Source: an uncultured delta proteobacterium (lineage in GTDB: Bacteria; Desulfobacterota; BSN033; UBA1163). From it: a stretch of 64,000 nt of DNA. Below are positions 30,308-38,974 of the stretch, piece after piece (position 1 is the stretch's first letter; each line of letters starts with the position of its first letter). The position numbers and the translations under genes are program-made. The notes beneath the pieces are model-generated. The model saw nothing but the letters and a program-made list of their open reading frames with translations. It made no database searches and was not told where the DNA came from. The stretch covers positions 257,121 through 321,120 of the forward strand of contig CAVPSJ010000011.1 of assembly GCA_963708295.1 (NCBI GenBank), written 5' to 3'.

Positions 30308-32107
30308 CTATCCCTTCTCTCCCTTCTCAAGCCTTTTGATCTCCTCTTGAATCGCCTTTTCTGCCAAATCCGGAACTACTTCTTTAACAATCTTTTCGAT
30401 CCGTTCAATGGTAAAGCCCACGACATTCTGGGTCATCTCCGGGACAAGTTTTGTCATCATCTCTCGCATGATCTCCTGAACCTTTTGCGAAATGACCTCC
30501 TGCATCTGTCTATCCACTGCCCTCACCAGGGAAGGAACTTCTTCCTGAGGTATCTTCGTGGCTTCCAACGGAGTCATCTTCGGAGCCTCGACTCGAATCA
30601 TGCTCGGAGCTGCCCCCTCTTCCAACTGATCTATGGTTATTTCTTCTATTTCCTCCAACCGCTCCATCTCTCCAATCTGACCAGTCGGTTCCGTCCCCCC
30701 CATCTCTTCTATCTCTTCCACTTCTTCCAGCTTCTCTATCTCTTCCATTCCCTCTATCGGCTCAACCTCGAGATCCTCCAGACTCAATTCTTCGGCCTTG
30801 ACCTCGCTTGGCTCCCCGACGGCACTAATCTCCCCCTCTCCCAATAGATCTTCCAAGAGTTCTTCCGGAAACTCCTCTTCGGCCAACTCCTGAATTTCCT
30901 CTATCTCAACGGGTTCCTCTAAACCCTCCTCAACGGCTTCCCCCAAGGCCTCTCTCAGAGATTCCACCACGGATTCTTTCAGAGGCTCTACCACGAATTG
31001 TTTCAGAGGTTCAACCTGGGCTTCTTTAAGAGGCTCCTCCAGGGCTTCTCCCAGGGGCTTTTCTAGGGATTCTTCCAAAGGTCCCCTTAAACCCTTCTCT
31101 AAAGGCTTGCGTGACATCTTCTCTGGGGGCTTCTCCAACAACTCCTCGGGGAAAATGGTTTCTTCGGTGACCTTTTTCTTGGGCTCCTCCACTAAAAAAG
31201 GCTGGGGTTCCTCCTGTGGCGGCGCAGTTTTTACCTCTTTCCGAAGGGCTTTTTCGAATTCTGAGAGGTCCAGCTTTTCTGCAGGCTCCTCTATCTGGAA
31301 AGGACTCTCTTCAATATCCCTTACCATTTTTTCAGCAGGCCATTCCTTCTCCAAAGAGGGCTTGAGTTGTTCCACTTTTTCGAGGATCTCCTCTAATTCG
31401 ATTTTGTCAAACAGCTCTTCCTCCGGAGAGGCATCTCTTAAAGGGACCTTTCTTTTCAGCCGGAGATCCATCCCTACGGTTTTCTTTTCAGGACGGAGCT
31501 CCAATTCCTTTTCCGCTGTTTTTTCTTCAAATTCCGGTTTTTCCCAGGAATCCAGAGAGGGCACTTCTCCAAAGGGTTTTTCCCTCCCTGTCGGGACAAA
31601 ACTATCAATGCTCATCCTGGGTTCGGGTTCCCCCACGACATCCACCAATTCGATGATTTCCTCTTCCTCCTCTCCCGTTTCATCCAGGGAAAACCCCTGT
31701 TTTTCAGAAACCATTTCTCCCCTCTTTCCGCCCGTCCCCTCTTCCATCAGGTTGTCCACCAAATCAAGGACCTCAACTTCGTTGAGAGGTTTTGAAATCA
31801 CTCCGTCTGCCTGGATTCGTTTGCGGTCGTCTTCCGAAATCTCGTCAAGAATACTTGAAATGACGATGAATGGGATGTGCTTAAAATCAGGGTCTCCTTT
31901 GACGGCTCCACATAATTCCAAACCGCCCTTTTCCTCAAGACCCGCCCCCGACGCAATGATCATATCCGGCTTGAAAAGTTTTGCCCGGAGAAGGGCATCT
32001 TCCCCGCTCTCCGAAAAGATGAGATGATAATCCGTCGATTCAAAAATCCTTTGAAACTCTTTCTGGTCGGTCTTGTCCGAATCAGCAATGAGAATTTCTT
32101 TTGCCAT
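30308..32107 (-). CDS. RomR-like protein: pseudo-receiver, long Glu/Pro-rich linker and conserved C-terminal helices
   Basis: N-terminal REC fold; C-terminal IEKIVKEVVPDLAEKAIQEEIKRL; directly upstream of valS. Confidence 0.7.
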   Translation of the reverse strand: MAKEILIADSDKTDQKEFQRIFESTDYHLIFSESGEDALLRAKLFKPDMIIASGAGLEEKGGLELCGAVKGDPDFKHIPFIVISSILDEISEDDRKRIQADGVISKPLNEVEVLDLVDNLMEEGTGGKRGEMVSEKQGFSLDETGEEEEEIIELVDVVGEPEPRMSIDSFVPTGREKPFGEVPSLDSWEKPEFEEKTAEKELELRPEKKTVGMDLRLKRKVPLRDASPEEELFDKIELEEILEKVEQLKPSLEKEWPAEKMVRDIEESPFQIEEPAEKLDLSEFEKALRKEVKTAPPQEEPQPFLVEEPKKKVTEETIFPEELLEKPPEKMSRKPLEKGLRGPLEESLEKPLGEALEEPLKEAQVEPLKQFVVEPLKESVVESLREALGEAVEEGLEEPVEIEEIQELAEEEFPEELLEDLLGEGEISAVGEPSEVKAEELSLEDLEVEPIEGMEEIEKLEEVEEIEEMGGTEPTGQIGEMERLEEIEEITIDQLEEGAAPSMIRVEAPKMTPLEATKIPQEEVPSLVRAVDRQMQEVISQKVQEIMREMMTKLVPEMTQNVVGFTIERIEKIVKEVVPDLAEKAIQEEIKRLEKGEKG

Positions 32108-32246
32108 TCTTCGGTCCCTTAGGATTGGCTGGAGAGAATTGACAACGGTTCCAAATTGTCATTTTCTATCACACGGAATGTGAAATGTCAAGAAAATCGC
32201 CGCCTTTTGTGTAATCCCTCGGCCGCCTGACTTTCCGAGATCCGGC

Positions 32247-33623
32247 TCACCGCTTTCCACTCTTCCCTTGCCGTAACGGAGAGGTTACTCGTCTCTCTAT
32301 AAAACGGTCGACCAGAGGGCGAAGATCGACATCGAAATCATAGCTGACCCTTACCACCGGTTGATCCATTTTGATCTTTTTTCCCAAGTCCGTGGGGGTT
32401 GCAACCACCACCGCATCACAAACCGATCGGCGGATGGTTTCTTCGAGGTCTCTGATCTGCTCTTCTGAATAACCCATGGCCGGCAGCACTCGACCAATAT
32501 GCGGGTAGTTTTTATAGACATCTCTCAGCGAACCCACCGCATAAGGTCTCGGATCCACCAGCTCTCTGGCCAGCTTCCTCGAAGCTGATGCGCCTGCCCC
32601 GTCAGGCATGCCTCCATGGGTGATGGTCGGCCCATCCTCGATCACCAGTACCCTTTTGTCCGCGATTCTTTCCGGATGGTCCAGCCGGATGACGGAGGGG
32701 GCCTCCAGGACTTCCGCCCCGGGATTCATCAGGGAGATATTGCCTCTTATCTTCTTTAAAGACTCCTCGCTCCCTTCATTTACCTTTGTGATGACAAGAA
32801 GCTCCGCCCTCCTCAAGTTCACCTCTCCGGGATAATAGAGTTTCTCATGACCCGGCCTCAGTGCATCCACGAGAACAATCTCCCAGTCGGGCTCGATAAA
32901 CGGGAAATCATTATTCCCTCCGTCCCAAACAATCACCTCAGACTCTCGTTCGGCCACTCTCAATACCCGCTCATAATCCACACCTGCGTAGACTGTAATT
33001 CCTGCTCCGACGAGAGGCTCGAATTCTTCTCGCTCTTCAATGGTACACGTTTCTTCCTCCACATCCCTCCTGCTGGAGAAACGGAGTACCGGCTTAAACC
33101 CACAATAAACCATCGGATGCCGGATCACCGAAACTTTGAAACCTTTCTCTCTTAGGATGGCGGCCAACTTTCGCGTGATGACCGACTTTCCGCACCCCGT
33201 CCTGACCGCGCAAACAGAGACCACGGGTACCCGGCTATCAATCATCGTTTCTTTGGGCCCGAGAAAAACAAAGTTTTGGCCTTTGGAAAGAACCAGTGAG
33301 GCCATATCCATCAGCGCTTCGTGCGAAACATCGCTATAAGAGAAGACGACCTGATCCGCAAGATGTTCTGAGAGCAACCGGGATAGTTCTTCCTCAGGGT
33401 AGATGGGAATTCCCCTGGGATAACGGGGCCCGGAAAGCTGCGGGGGATAGTTCCGGCCGGCGATATAAGGAATTTGGGCGGCCGTAAATGCAATGACCCG
33501 GTAAGAGGGACGCTTTCTGAAGTAGGTGTTGAAGTTATGGAAATCCCTTCCTCCAGCTCCGAGAATGATCACCCGGATAGAAGGGGCCCGCTTCGTCTTA
33601 TCGCCCAAACCTCTCTTCTTCAT
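32247..33623 (-). CDS. COG2403 P-loop protein (cyclic 2,3-diphosphoglycerate synthetase-like/'predicted GTPase')
   Basis: [34 protein letters not shown] and [11 protein letters not shown]. Confidence 0.85.
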   Translation of the reverse strand: MKKRGLGDKTKRAPSIRVIILGAGGRDFHNFNTYFRKRPSYRVIAFTAAQIPYIAGRNYPPQLSGPRYPRGIPIYPEEELSRLLSEHLADQVVFSYSDVSHEALMDMASLVLSKGQNFVFLGPKETMIDSRVPVVSVCAVRTGCGKSVITRKLAAILREKGFKVSVIRHPMVYCGFKPVLRFSSRRDVEEETCTIEEREEFEPLVGAGITVYAGVDYERVLRVAERESEVIVWDGGNNDFPFIEPDWEIVLVDALRPGHEKLYYPGEVNLRRAELLVITKVNEGSEESLKKIRGNISLMNPGAEVLEAPSVIRLDHPERIADKRVLVIEDGPTITHGGMPDGAGASASRKLARELVDPRPYAVGSLRDVYKNYPHIGRVLPAMGYSEEQIRDLEETIRRSVCDAVVVATPTDLGKKIKMDQPVVRVSYDFDVDLRPLVDRFIERRVTSPLRQGKSGKR

Positions 33624-34681
33624 TGAACGACCCAGGGGAGGGGGAGAAAAAGCTTCTCATAAAGACTGAAGGCGTACCGGTCGGTCATGCCGGCCACAAA
33701 GTCACAGACACATCGTTCCAAGGAGTCGTAAAGCGATTCCATCTTGATCAGCGTCAAGAAATAATCCGGATGGTCCGCCAAATAGTGATAGAGTTCTTCT
33801 AGAATCTTTGTCGCCTTGAAGAAATCCGCATGAACCGCTTTGCTCTCGTAGACATGTTCCCAAAGAAATGCGCGTAGATCCCACACCGCAGAGAGGATCT
33901 CCTTGGAAATGGACAACCTTCCATCTCCCGATTCGAGGGTTTCCCGGATGATATCATTGACCATCGTACCAATTCGTTTGGAATGGGTATCGCCCAGACG
34001 GTTCAGACAATCCTCTGGAATATCGTTTGAGGAAATCACTTCACCTCGAATCGCATCATCAATGTCGTGGTTTATGTAAGCAATGATGTCCGCAATCCGA
34101 ACCACCTGCCCCTCCCGGGTAAAGGCCATCGCTTCGGGGTCCTCACAAAGAATCTCCCCTCTCCCCTTGGTATGTTTCAAAATACCATCGCGGACCTCAA
34201 AGGTGAGGTTCAGCCCTCTCCCGTCCTTTTCCAGAAGGTCGACAACCCTCAGGCTTTGATCGGCATGATTGAATCCCCCTGGGACGATCTCATTCAGGGT
34301 ATCTTCTCCGGCATGGCCGAACGGCGTATGACCCAGGTCGTGTCCCAGCGCGATGGCCTCTGTCAAATCCTCATTGAGGCGGAGGGCTTTCGAGATCGTT
34401 CTTGCAATTTGAGACACCTCAAGGGTATGCGTCAATCGAGTCCGGTAATGGTCGCCCGTAGGAGTGAGAAAGACCTGAGTTTTATGTTTCAGTCTCCGAA
34501 AGGACTTGGAATGAATGATTCGATCTCGGTCGTGCTGAAAGGCTGGCCGGAGAGGACATTCCTCCTCGAAAAATGAGCGGCCTTTCGACCTTGAACTCAA
34601 CGCCGCAAAAGGAGAAAGACTCTTTTCCTCCCTTTCTTCTAACTCCTCCCTGATCGTCTTTGGCAATTGACAACGCTCCAC
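33620..34681 (-). CDS. dgt: Deoxyguanosinetriphosphate triphosphohydrolase
   Basis: [34 protein letters not shown] and AGMTDRYA. Confidence 0.93.
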   Translation of the reverse strand: MERCQLPKTIREELEEREEKSLSPFAALSSRSKGRSFFEEECPLRPAFQHDRDRIIHSKSFRRLKHKTQVFLTPTGDHYRTRLTHTLEVSQIARTISKALRLNEDLTEAIALGHDLGHTPFGHAGEDTLNEIVPGGFNHADQSLRVVDLLEKDGRGLNLTFEVRDGILKHTKGRGEILCEDPEAMAFTREGQVVRIADIIAYINHDIDDAIRGEVISSNDIPEDCLNRLGDTHSKRIGTMVNDIIRETLESGDGRLSISKEILSAVWDLRAFLWEHVYESKAVHADFFKATKILEELYHYLADHPDYFLTLIKMESLYDSLERCVCDFVAGMTDRYAFSLYEKLFLPLPWVVQ

Positions 34682-34856
34682 TTGATCGAATATGTTAGTT
34701 TAGCTAACTTATCATAAAAAAAGGGAGTTATCAAACTGAAATCCCGCCCGGGCTTTCCTGAAGCGGTGCGGTGATTTGGGGAACCGGTCGGGCAAAGGGA
34801 CCCGACTTGTGGCGATTTTTTCACACCTTCCTTTGGAAACGGATTGGGATTGAAAG

Positions 34857-36266
34857 TTGATGTTACAAACGGGCACGGAGAATATAAGACAAGAAATCCG
34901 CAAAGATCCTATTCTTTCTGTACTGTCGGCTTTGGCAAGGGAGAAAAGGATCCCTCTCTTTTTAGTAGGAGGCTTTCTCCGGGACCTCCTCCTTGGATCA
35001 AGAGGAAAGGATTATGACTTTGCGTTGCCGAAAGATGCATCTTCATCCATCGAGATCATCGACGAAGCCCTTGGCCTCCGCTTCTTTAAGGTAGGAAAGG
35101 AGGAAAAGAACACCATCACGTATCGAACCATTCAAGAAGGGCGATCCATTGACATCGCCTTTTTACAAGGCCAAACGATCGAGGAAGATCTTAGAAGGAG
35201 AGATTTCACTATCAATGCGATGGCCTTTTCTTTACGAGACGAGACATTTCATTCGGCGGAGGGGTCCCTCGAGGATTTAGGCAAAAAGTTGATCCGCACC
35301 GTAGCTGACAATTCCATTGCTCTGGATCCCTTAAGGATGCTCCGAGCGATCCGTTATCGTTGTACTCTGAAAGGTTTCACCTTAGATGAGAGCCTCATCG
35401 GAGAAATCTCCTCTAAGAAAGGACAGATCACGATCATCCCTGGAGAACGCATCAAGACAGAACTGGACCAAATTCTCCTCTCTCCCGGCGCCTTCACCGG
35501 AATGAAATTCCTTTATGAATCGAGTTTGCTCCTCACCCTCTTTCCAGAATTCAAGTCACTAGAGGACCTGGGTCAAGGGGGATACCATCACCTAAACGTC
35601 CTCCCCCACATCCTCCTGATGATAGAGAAAATATCCTGGGCTCTTGAATGGGTCGCTTCAAGAGGGGCGAAGATCTCCTTGCCCGAAGAAGATCGTCTCG
35701 CTTTGTATTACGCCGCCCTGTTCCACGACATCGGGAAACAGGATACCTATTCGGAAGATGAGAAAGGGAGGGTTCATTTCTATACCCATGAATCTTATTC
35801 GTGCCGGAGGGCGGAAGGAATCATGGAGAAATTAAGGTTTTCGAATCACCTGAGGAATAGAGTTCTTCACCTTGTCCAACATCACATGAGAATACACAAC
35901 CTGCCCGGCGGCACCGGGGAGGGAGCGCTGAAGAGGTTGGTCAACCAGATGGGGGAGGAAACTCCCCTTCTGGTTCTTCACACCCTCGCTGATAAAGAAG
36001 CAAGCCGCGGCATCCTGTCCGTTGAGATCGACCAAGTGGTGGAAGGCCACTGTCTTCGAATCCTGGAATGGTTTAGAGAGAAAGATATTGTTCACCCACC
36101 CCCTTTGATCAACGGAGAAGATGTCATGGCTCTGGGATACTCTTCCGGACCACAGGTTGGCCAAATCCTCGACGTCATCCACCGTAAGCAGGTGGAGGGT
36201 GAGATTAAGAATAGGGAAGAAGCGTTAGAGGTATTAGAAGAAGAATTCGGAAGTAAACCCCGTTAG
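34857..36266 (+). CDS. CCA tRNA nucleotidyltransferase/poly(A) polymerase family protein with HD domain
   Basis: LVGGFLRD, DYDF, DLRRRDFTINAMA, DPLRMLRA and FHDIGK. Confidence 0.88.
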   Translation: MMLQTGTENIRQEIRKDPILSVLSALAREKRIPLFLVGGFLRDLLLGSRGKDYDFALPKDASSSIEIIDEALGLRFFKVGKEEKNTITYRTIQEGRSIDIAFLQGQTIEEDLRRRDFTINAMAFSLRDETFHSAEGSLEDLGKKLIRTVADNSIALDPLRMLRAIRYRCTLKGFTLDESLIGEISSKKGQITIIPGERIKTELDQILLSPGAFTGMKFLYESSLLLTLFPEFKSLEDLGQGGYHHLNVLPHILLMIEKISWALEWVASRGAKISLPEEDRLALYYAALFHDIGKQDTYSEDEKGRVHFYTHESYSCRRAEGIMEKLRFSNHLRNRVLHLVQHHMRIHNLPGGTGEGALKRLVNQMGEETPLLVLHTLADKEASRGILSVEIDQVVEGHCLRILEWFREKDIVHPPPLINGEDVMALGYSSGPQVGQILDVIHRKQVEGEIKNREEALEVLEEEFGSKPR

Positions 36267-36346
36267 AAATTCCAGGGAGGCAATAAACTCCGCCGGAATT
36301 ATTATAAAGCCCAACCCTCCTGCAGAACAGCCGGGAAATATTTCCA
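36257..36346 (-). mobile_element. Partial inverted copy of the 108-bp MITE; supplies the stop codon of the upstream gene
   Basis: ACCCCGTTAGAAATTCCAGGGAGGCAATAAACTCCGCCGGAATTATTATAAA closely matches the reverse complement of the right end of 38847-38954. Confidence 0.7.
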
Positions 36347-36517
36347 GTGTGGTGTCTCAGAAATAACCTTACATGTTGTCATTCCGGACTTGATAAGCCT
36401 GCCCCGTACTTGATACGGGGGAACCCAGTGTTTTCTATCTCGATTCCCGCTTTCGCAGAGATTTTAATGGTACCATTTATTTTACGCCATGGTAAGTCTA
36501 ATACAACTCCGACAGAT

Positions 36518-36608
36518 ACCCCATCCCCCACCGGACCTCCCCCTTGAAGGGGGAGGAACATAACGATTTCCCTCCCCTTCAGGGGGAGGGTTAGGGTGGG
36601 GGTGGGGT
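36518..36608. repeat. REP-like double palindrome
   Basis: CCTCCCCCTTGAAGGGGGAGG and CCCTCCCCTTCAGGGGGAGGG flanked by CCCCATCCCCCA/TGGGGGTGGGG. Confidence 0.6.
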
Positions 36609-36950
36609 TTCATGAGTTATTTGCCCAAGCAAAATTAATTGTGGCGGTTTCACCAAAAAATGGTTTTTCAATAGTTCTTTGTTAGGGCCTCTCCTGTTTT
36701 GGTAAATAAGTGTAATCCAGAAAACACCGCCATATTTAATTTTACACAAAATGGAACGAGTCAGTCCATTGCCTCGAATTCATCTAATGCATCAGATTGG
36801 AAATGTAAAATTATCTGCCGCCCTAAAATCTCTGCTCTGGCGGGAATGACAGCTCTTGAATCATTGTAAAGCCTTTATTGAGACAGTCCACTGCCGGGCA
36901 AAAAATGTCTTGACGAATCCCGGATTATCCCTTCCATCGTCAGTTTTTAC

Positions 36951-36979
36951 TTGACATATGCCATGGCATGATGTATCAT
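36951..36979 (+). promoter_or_regulatory. sigma70 promoter with operator palindrome for vapBC
   Basis: TTGACA-17 bp-TATCAT; spacer holds the palindrome ATGCCATGGCAT. Confidence 0.65.
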
Positions 36980-37005
36980 GTACGCATACAATGGAGGTGC
37001 TTAAT

Positions 37006-37239
37006 ATGCGTGCTACATTGAACATACCTGATGATCTCCTTGCGGAGGTGCAGAAAATCTCGGGTGAAAAATCGAAAACGAAGGCTATTACCACCGCCAT
37101 GCAGGAATTCATCAAGCAGAAAAAGATGAAAGAGTTGATTGCGCTCAAAGGAAAAGTTCAAATCGAGTATGACTGGGAAAAGGAAGAAGAGCGTGAAATG
37201 AAGGCTCAGAAGAAGAGAGAAAACATCCTTGAAAAATAG
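37006..37239 (+). CDS. vapB: Type II antitoxin, VapB (DUF2191-like)
   Basis: MRATLNIPDDLLAEVQKISGEKSKTKAITTAMQEFI; GGAGG RBS; overlaps the PIN gene. Confidence 0.85.
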   Translation: MRATLNIPDDLLAEVQKISGEKSKTKAITTAMQEFIKQKKMKELIALKGKVQIEYDWEKEEEREMKAQKKRENILEK

Positions 37240-37726
37240 AATACTTGTCGATACGACCATCTGGATCGAGTTCTTCAGGGCGAGGTCAAAAATTGGAGAT
37301 CGTCTTGAAATGCTCCTCATGGAAAATGCGGTCTCGACATGCGGGGTTGTGATGTTTGAGGTTCTCCAGGGAATAAAGTCAGAAGGTGAAAAAAATAAGA
37401 TACTGGGCGTCCTGGCGAGTCTGCCCTATGTTGAAATGACGAGAAAACTGTGGCGCCGTGCTTCGGACCTTTCCATACTGCTGAAGAGGAATGGCGTAAC
37501 CCTGCCTTTATCCGATATTCTCATTGCCGCTATTGCCACTGAAAACGATCTCTCCATCTACACCCTCGACAACCACTTCAAACAAATCCCCAATCTGAAA
37601 CTTCATCCCCTACAAAAAGCAAGCCCTCCCGGCTTCAAGATAAAATCAACCCGTTCACCCTTAAAAGAAAAATTCGGAAGTAAAGAACCCCGCCCACAGG
37701 GCGGGGCTTTAAAACCTAAATTCTAA
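37229..37726 (+). CDS. vapC: PIN-domain toxin VapC (C-terminus extends into a repeat)
   Basis: ILVDTTIWIEFF, EVLQG, DILIAAIA and TLDNHF. Confidence 0.9.
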   Translation: MKNRILVDTTIWIEFFRARSKIGDRLEMLLMENAVSTCGVVMFEVLQGIKSEGEKNKILGVLASLPYVEMTRKLWRRASDLSILLKRNGVTLPLSDILIAAIATENDLSIYTLDNHFKQIPNLKLHPLQKASPPGFKIKSTRSPLKEKFGSKEPRPQGGALKPKF

Positions 37727-37890
37727 AGCCCAAAACCGAGATCCCGAAACAAGTTCGGGATGACAAAAAAGATCAGGACCGTCATGTCATGCTGAACTTG
37801 TTTCAGCATCTGATTTATTTTTTCTGCTTTCAGCAGACGCACCTTTCATCCCCGTCCACAGGACGGGTTTTCGGGTGCGATCTTAATAAA
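37680..37890 (+). mobile_element. Non-autonomous IS200/IS605-type (IscB-like ends) miniature element, copy 1
   Basis: Left hairpin GTAAAGAACCCCGCCCACAGGGCGGGGCTT; right hairpin TTCATCCCCGTCCACAGGACGGGTTTTC; second copy at 59907. Confidence 0.6.
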
Positions 37891-37984
37891 TCGGATCAAC
37901 TTGACCGGATCAATCCGCATGAAAAATCTCACCCTCGTCCTTTGGCATAATATTATCAGGTGCCTTTCCGAGATAAATTGTCCA

Positions 37985-38197
37985 CTATTGCATTGCCACG
38001 TACTCGGCAAAGGAGGTCGATTCAGGTACAGGCAACCCATCCTCACGCAACCCCTTAATATGGAATTCAATAGCCTGATACATGTTCCGCTCTGTCTCTT
38101 CACGGGTAGCCCCTGTCGCCACACAACCAGGTAAGTCGGGTGAGTACGCCGAATAGTTGCCATCTGCCTTTTCAATCACCACAAGAAAACGATACAT
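37985..38197 (-). CDS. hicB: HicB family antitoxin (short form)
   Basis: YSAYSPDLPGCVATGATREE...AIEFHI.GL.EDG.PVP. Confidence 0.88.
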   Translation of the reverse strand: MYRFLVVIEKADGNYSAYSPDLPGCVATGATREETERNMYQAIEFHIKGLREDGLPVPESTSFAEYVAMQ

Positions 38198-38199
38198 AT

Positions 38200-38298
38200 T
38201 TACTTGACCTCCTTCAGTTTTGCCTGTTTCAAAATGCTATTTAAAGTGCCCTGCGCCAAATCATCATTTGGATGCCCTGCTATTGTGACCCGACATGG
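38200..38298 (-). pseudogene. hicA: 5'-truncated HicA toxin
   Basis: RVTIAGHPNDDLAQGTLNSILKQAKL is the HicA C-terminal half; the N-terminal GSH segment is absent. Confidence 0.8.
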
Positions 38299-38846
38299 TA
38301 TCCGCTCATGATTGATCCATAGGATTCCCCTTCTGCCAAGTTGTCAAGGATCACCGAAACCATGGCGCGTGTTCCTTTGATGCAGGCGTTACCATGGGAG
38401 ATTTGCGGATCGATGTTAATTCGCTCTCGCCAGTTCATCGCTCAACCCTCCTATTCAAGCGTCTAATATCCCTTTTATTATTTATAGCCGAAGAATTCGG
38501 AGACGTGCATCCAGGTTTCACTGTAATCCTTGAACTCGTTCTTTCTATTCCCCTTTCCGTTTCCCTCGCGGTCCCTCCCACACAACTGTTTATGATCATC
38601 CTCGCCCGAAACATCGATACTGACCTTATCTGTTTCCTCAACGAGGCCTAATATTTTTGTGTAATTGGGGGTACTATATCAAATAAGTGACACCATGACA
38701 AGTTTTGTAAGAACATAACAAAGGGAATTTGATAACGACATGTTCGTGCTCCAGTACGGGGGAATGGGAAGGGAAAAATGTTGTTGATTATCGATACACA
38801 TTTGGTAGAATGGCGATAATGGCAGTGTTTCCAAAATTGACTTTTT

Positions 38847-38954
38847 ACCCCGTTAGAAATAATGCGCCACTGTTCAACAGTCCCGCTATCGTGGGGTTAG
38901 GTTTTATAATAATTCCGGCGGACTTTATTGCCCCCCTGGAATTTCTAACGGGGT
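38847..38954. mobile_element. 108-bp MITE
   Basis: Perfect 14-bp TIR ACCCCGTTAGAAAT/ATTTCTAACGGGGT. Confidence 0.75.
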
Positions 38955-38974
38955 GAACCTAAGGGGGTGAGCCT

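Noticed and set aside
31107-32027. 306-aa Ser-rich plus-strand ORF
   Set aside because: Antisense shadow of the Glu-rich RomR-like gene
34735-34815. Hairpin GTCGGGCAAAGGGACCCGAC as SRP RNA or a riboswitch
   Set aside because: It lacks SRP and riboswitch consensus motifs; a single hairpin between divergent genes
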